64,000 nt of DNA from Macrostomum lignano (Eukaryota), in contig NIVC01000640.1 in assembly GCA_002269645.1 (NCBI GenBank), positions 62,001 through 126,000 on the forward strand, in the 5' to 3' direction. Within the stretch, counting starts at the first letter, position 1. Each line of letters opens with the position of its first letter. Below, in pieces: positions 62,128 to 64,000 of the stretch. The notes below the pieces were generated by a model, which did no database searches, was not told where the DNA came from, and worked only from the letters and a program-made list of their open reading frames with translations. The translations under genes and the position numbers were made by a program.

Positions 62128-64000
62128 ATGCACTGTGCGAGGGCCTCCGCACTGCTGCTGCTTCTGGCCGCTGCTCTGCTCTGCGGGAGGATCAGCGGCC
62201 TGGACGACTGCCGGCGGCTCTGTCCGGCCGCCTGTCCGGTCTGCAGCTTCCGCTACGCATTCGCCCAGCACCATCTGGAGCTCGACTGCGCTTTTGCTGC
62301 CGACGCTGGCGCCCTGACACCTCTGACGAACTGCCTGGCTGGCGGCGACCTCAATGTGCTGATCATCCGCCGGGTGCGCTCGGCTGTCCGGCTGCTCAGC
62401 AAGCTGTCCGGCCTGCCGCGCCTCATCTACCTCAACTTGAGCCGCAACGACGTCACAGGCCTGCCAGCCGGCGCCTTCGCCGGATTCGCCGAGCTGCGCG
62501 ACCTCGTCCTCGACGCCAACAGAATCGACAGCCTCGCCGACGGGTCGCTGGCGGCGCCTCGGCTGCGCCGGCTCAGCTTGGCGCGCAACCGGCTGGCCAA
62601 CATCTCGGCGGCGGCGTTTGGCAGCGCCGCCAATCAGCTGACGCGGATTGACCTCAGCCACAACCTGCTGGACGAGCTGACGGACTGGCCTCTGCTGCTG
62701 GCTGAGCGGGCCGGACACCGGCCGGGCGTCAGGCGGAGCCTGCGGCTGCTGCTCGACCACAACCGGGTGCGCCAGTTCACGGCTGAGCGGCGGTGGCCGG
62801 CCTATATGCTGGGCCGTCTGGCGGATGCTGGGCTCAACATCAGCCTGGTTGGCAACGGCATCCGCCACCTCGGCGTCCTGCTCAGCGGCTGGCACCTGCT
62901 CGACAATCAGCCGCCGGCTCGGGCAGAAAACTGGCGACCGCTGATCAGCAGCCTGGCCGGAAATCCCCTGCACTGCGACTGCGAAGACTTCCGGCTTCTC
63001 TATCCCGACGGCGGGCGCACCTCCCCGCTGGCCGCACTGCTGGAAAGCTCAGCCGCGCTGCCCGAATGCGCCGAGCCCGCCGAGTTGCGCGGCCGTCGTC
63101 CACTGGTTGGCGCCAAGTTCCGGCCCGGCCTGGCGCCCGCGGAGCTCGTCTGCCAGCGCCAGCCCTGCCTTGACTCGGCCGCCGGGCGCTGCCGCTGCAC
63201 CGAAGAGCCGTGGCGCCGGGCGCTGTCGGTTGACTGTCGCGGAGTGACGCTGGACCGACTGCCGCACTGGCGGGAGCTGCCGCCCCTCCCGGCTAGCGGC
63301 GGCTACGCCTACCGGTTCAACTTCAGCGGCGGCCGACTGGCCAACCGCGGCCTGCCCGGCATGCCGAAGGTCTTCCGCGAGGCCGTCAGTCTCGACCTGA
63401 GCGGCACCGGACTCGAGGATCTGCCGGCCCGCTACCTGGCCAAGCTGCAGAGCCTGGAAGAGCTCATGCTGCATCACAATCTGCTCACCCGGCTTGACCC
63501 GGAACTAGCCAGGACGTCTTTTCCTCGGCTTCGCCGGCTCCGCCTGGACAGAAACCCCTGGCACTGCGGCTGCAACTCCAGCTGGCTGCCCGGCTGGCTG
63601 CGCGCCCTGCGCCACACGCTACTGGCGCCTGACGATGTGCGCTGCGCCGAGCCGCCGCGCCTGCGCGACCGATCGCTGCTGTCGCTGAGCTCCGCCGTCC
63701 TGTGCGACCTACCGGAGCCGCGGCCGGCAAACCGGGGCTACGACCGGCTGGCCCTCAGCTCGTCCGCCATCAGCGCCGCCCTGGCCCTGGCTACCATGGC
63801 CCTCTTGGCCGCCTTCTGCGGCCGGGTCAGCCTGTTCGCCAGCTGCGGCCTGCACCCCTTCGACAGGGACGAGTGCGCCGGCGAAGCCAAATCCTGCGAC
63901 GCGTTTATCATGTTCCACCCGGACGATGCGGACTGGGTAGCCGCCGTGCTAGTAGAGAAGCTGCGCCGCCGGCCGCGGCCCTACGCCCTGTGCACCCACG
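62128..64000 (+). CDS. Toll-like receptor, multiple-cysteine-cluster (protostome Toll) type, intronless so far, 3'-partial
   Basis: Hand translation gives 624 codons with no stop: signal peptide MHCARASALLLLLAAALLCG, LRRs (LIYLNLSRNDV, LRDLVLDANRI, LRRLSLARNRL, LTRIDLSHNLL), LRRCT NPLHCDC at 62962, LRRNT CQRQPC...CRC...VDC, further LRRs, second LRRCT NPWHCGC at 63553, TM helix at about 63751-63840, HPFDRDEC and TIR box 1 DAFIMF at 63898. Confidence 0.94.
   Translation, partial: MHCARASALLLLLAAALLCGRISGLDDCRRLCPAACPVCSFRYAFAQHHLELDCAFAADAGALTPLTNCLAGGDLNVLIIRRVRSAVRLLSKLSGLPRLIYLNLSRNDVTGLPAGAFAGFAELRDLVLDANRIDSLADGSLAAPRLRRLSLARNRLANISAAAFGSAANQLTRIDLSHNLLDELTDWPLLLAERAGHRPGVRRSLRLLLDHNRVRQFTAERRWPAYMLGRLADAGLNISLVGNGIRHLGVLLSGWHLLDNQPPARAENWRPLISSLAGNPLHCDCEDFRLLYPDGGRTSPLAALLESSAALPECAEPAELRGRRPLVGAKFRPGLAPAELVCQRQPCLDSAAGRCRCTEEPWRRALSVDCRGVTLDRLPHWRELPPLPASGGYAYRFNFSGGRLANRGLPGMPKVFREAVSLDLSGTGLEDLPARYLAKLQSLEELMLHHNLLTRLDPELARTSFPRLRRLRLDRNPWHCGCNSSWLPGWLRALRHTLLAPDDVRCAEPPRLRDRSLLSLSSAVLCDLPEPRPANRGYDRLALSSSAISAALALATMALLAAFCGRVSLFASCGLHPFDRDECAGEAKSCDAFIMFHPDDADWVAAVLVEKLRRRPRPYALCTH

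Noticed and set aside
62101-63918. Minus-strand and off-frame ORFs over the TLR
   Set aside because: Shadow ORFs of a GC-rich coding sequence; the true frame starts at 62128 and has no stop within the window.

Overview
Eukaryotic (animal) genomic DNA; nothing here is prokaryotic. GC-rich exons are separated by introns and spacers packed with more than 30 different mini- and microsatellites. That style resembles the flatworm Macrostomum lignano, but this is an inference and the species is not verified. Most long ORFs in the track are translations of these tandem repeats. Genes supported by splice-phase-consistent models are: (1) a Cys-rich, probably secreted/GPI-anchored protein on the minus strand (4 exons, 11037-14712, first exon not found); (2) GDP-forming succinyl-CoA ligase beta subunit (SUCLG2, minus, 4 exons, 38813-42812); (3) an intronless 332-codon orphan ORF just upstream of it (43615-44613); (4) dysbindin (DTNBP1, plus, 4 exons, 52905-55130); (5) an intronless multi-cysteine-cluster Toll-like receptor starting at 62128 and running off the window end, missed by the ORF track. 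An AT-rich nest between the orphan ORF and dysbindin holds three DNA transposons with intact TIRs and target-site duplications: a 419-bp Mutator-type MITE, a 3.1-kb PHD-FLYWCH-MULE element with an internal deletion, and a 773-bp Merlin/IS1595-like remnant. tRNA-derived SINE fragments lie at 54.5-57.9 kb. The most notable points are the bona fide Toll receptor (if the host is a flatworm) and an intronic satellite made of about 60 AG|GT splice-site-like units.
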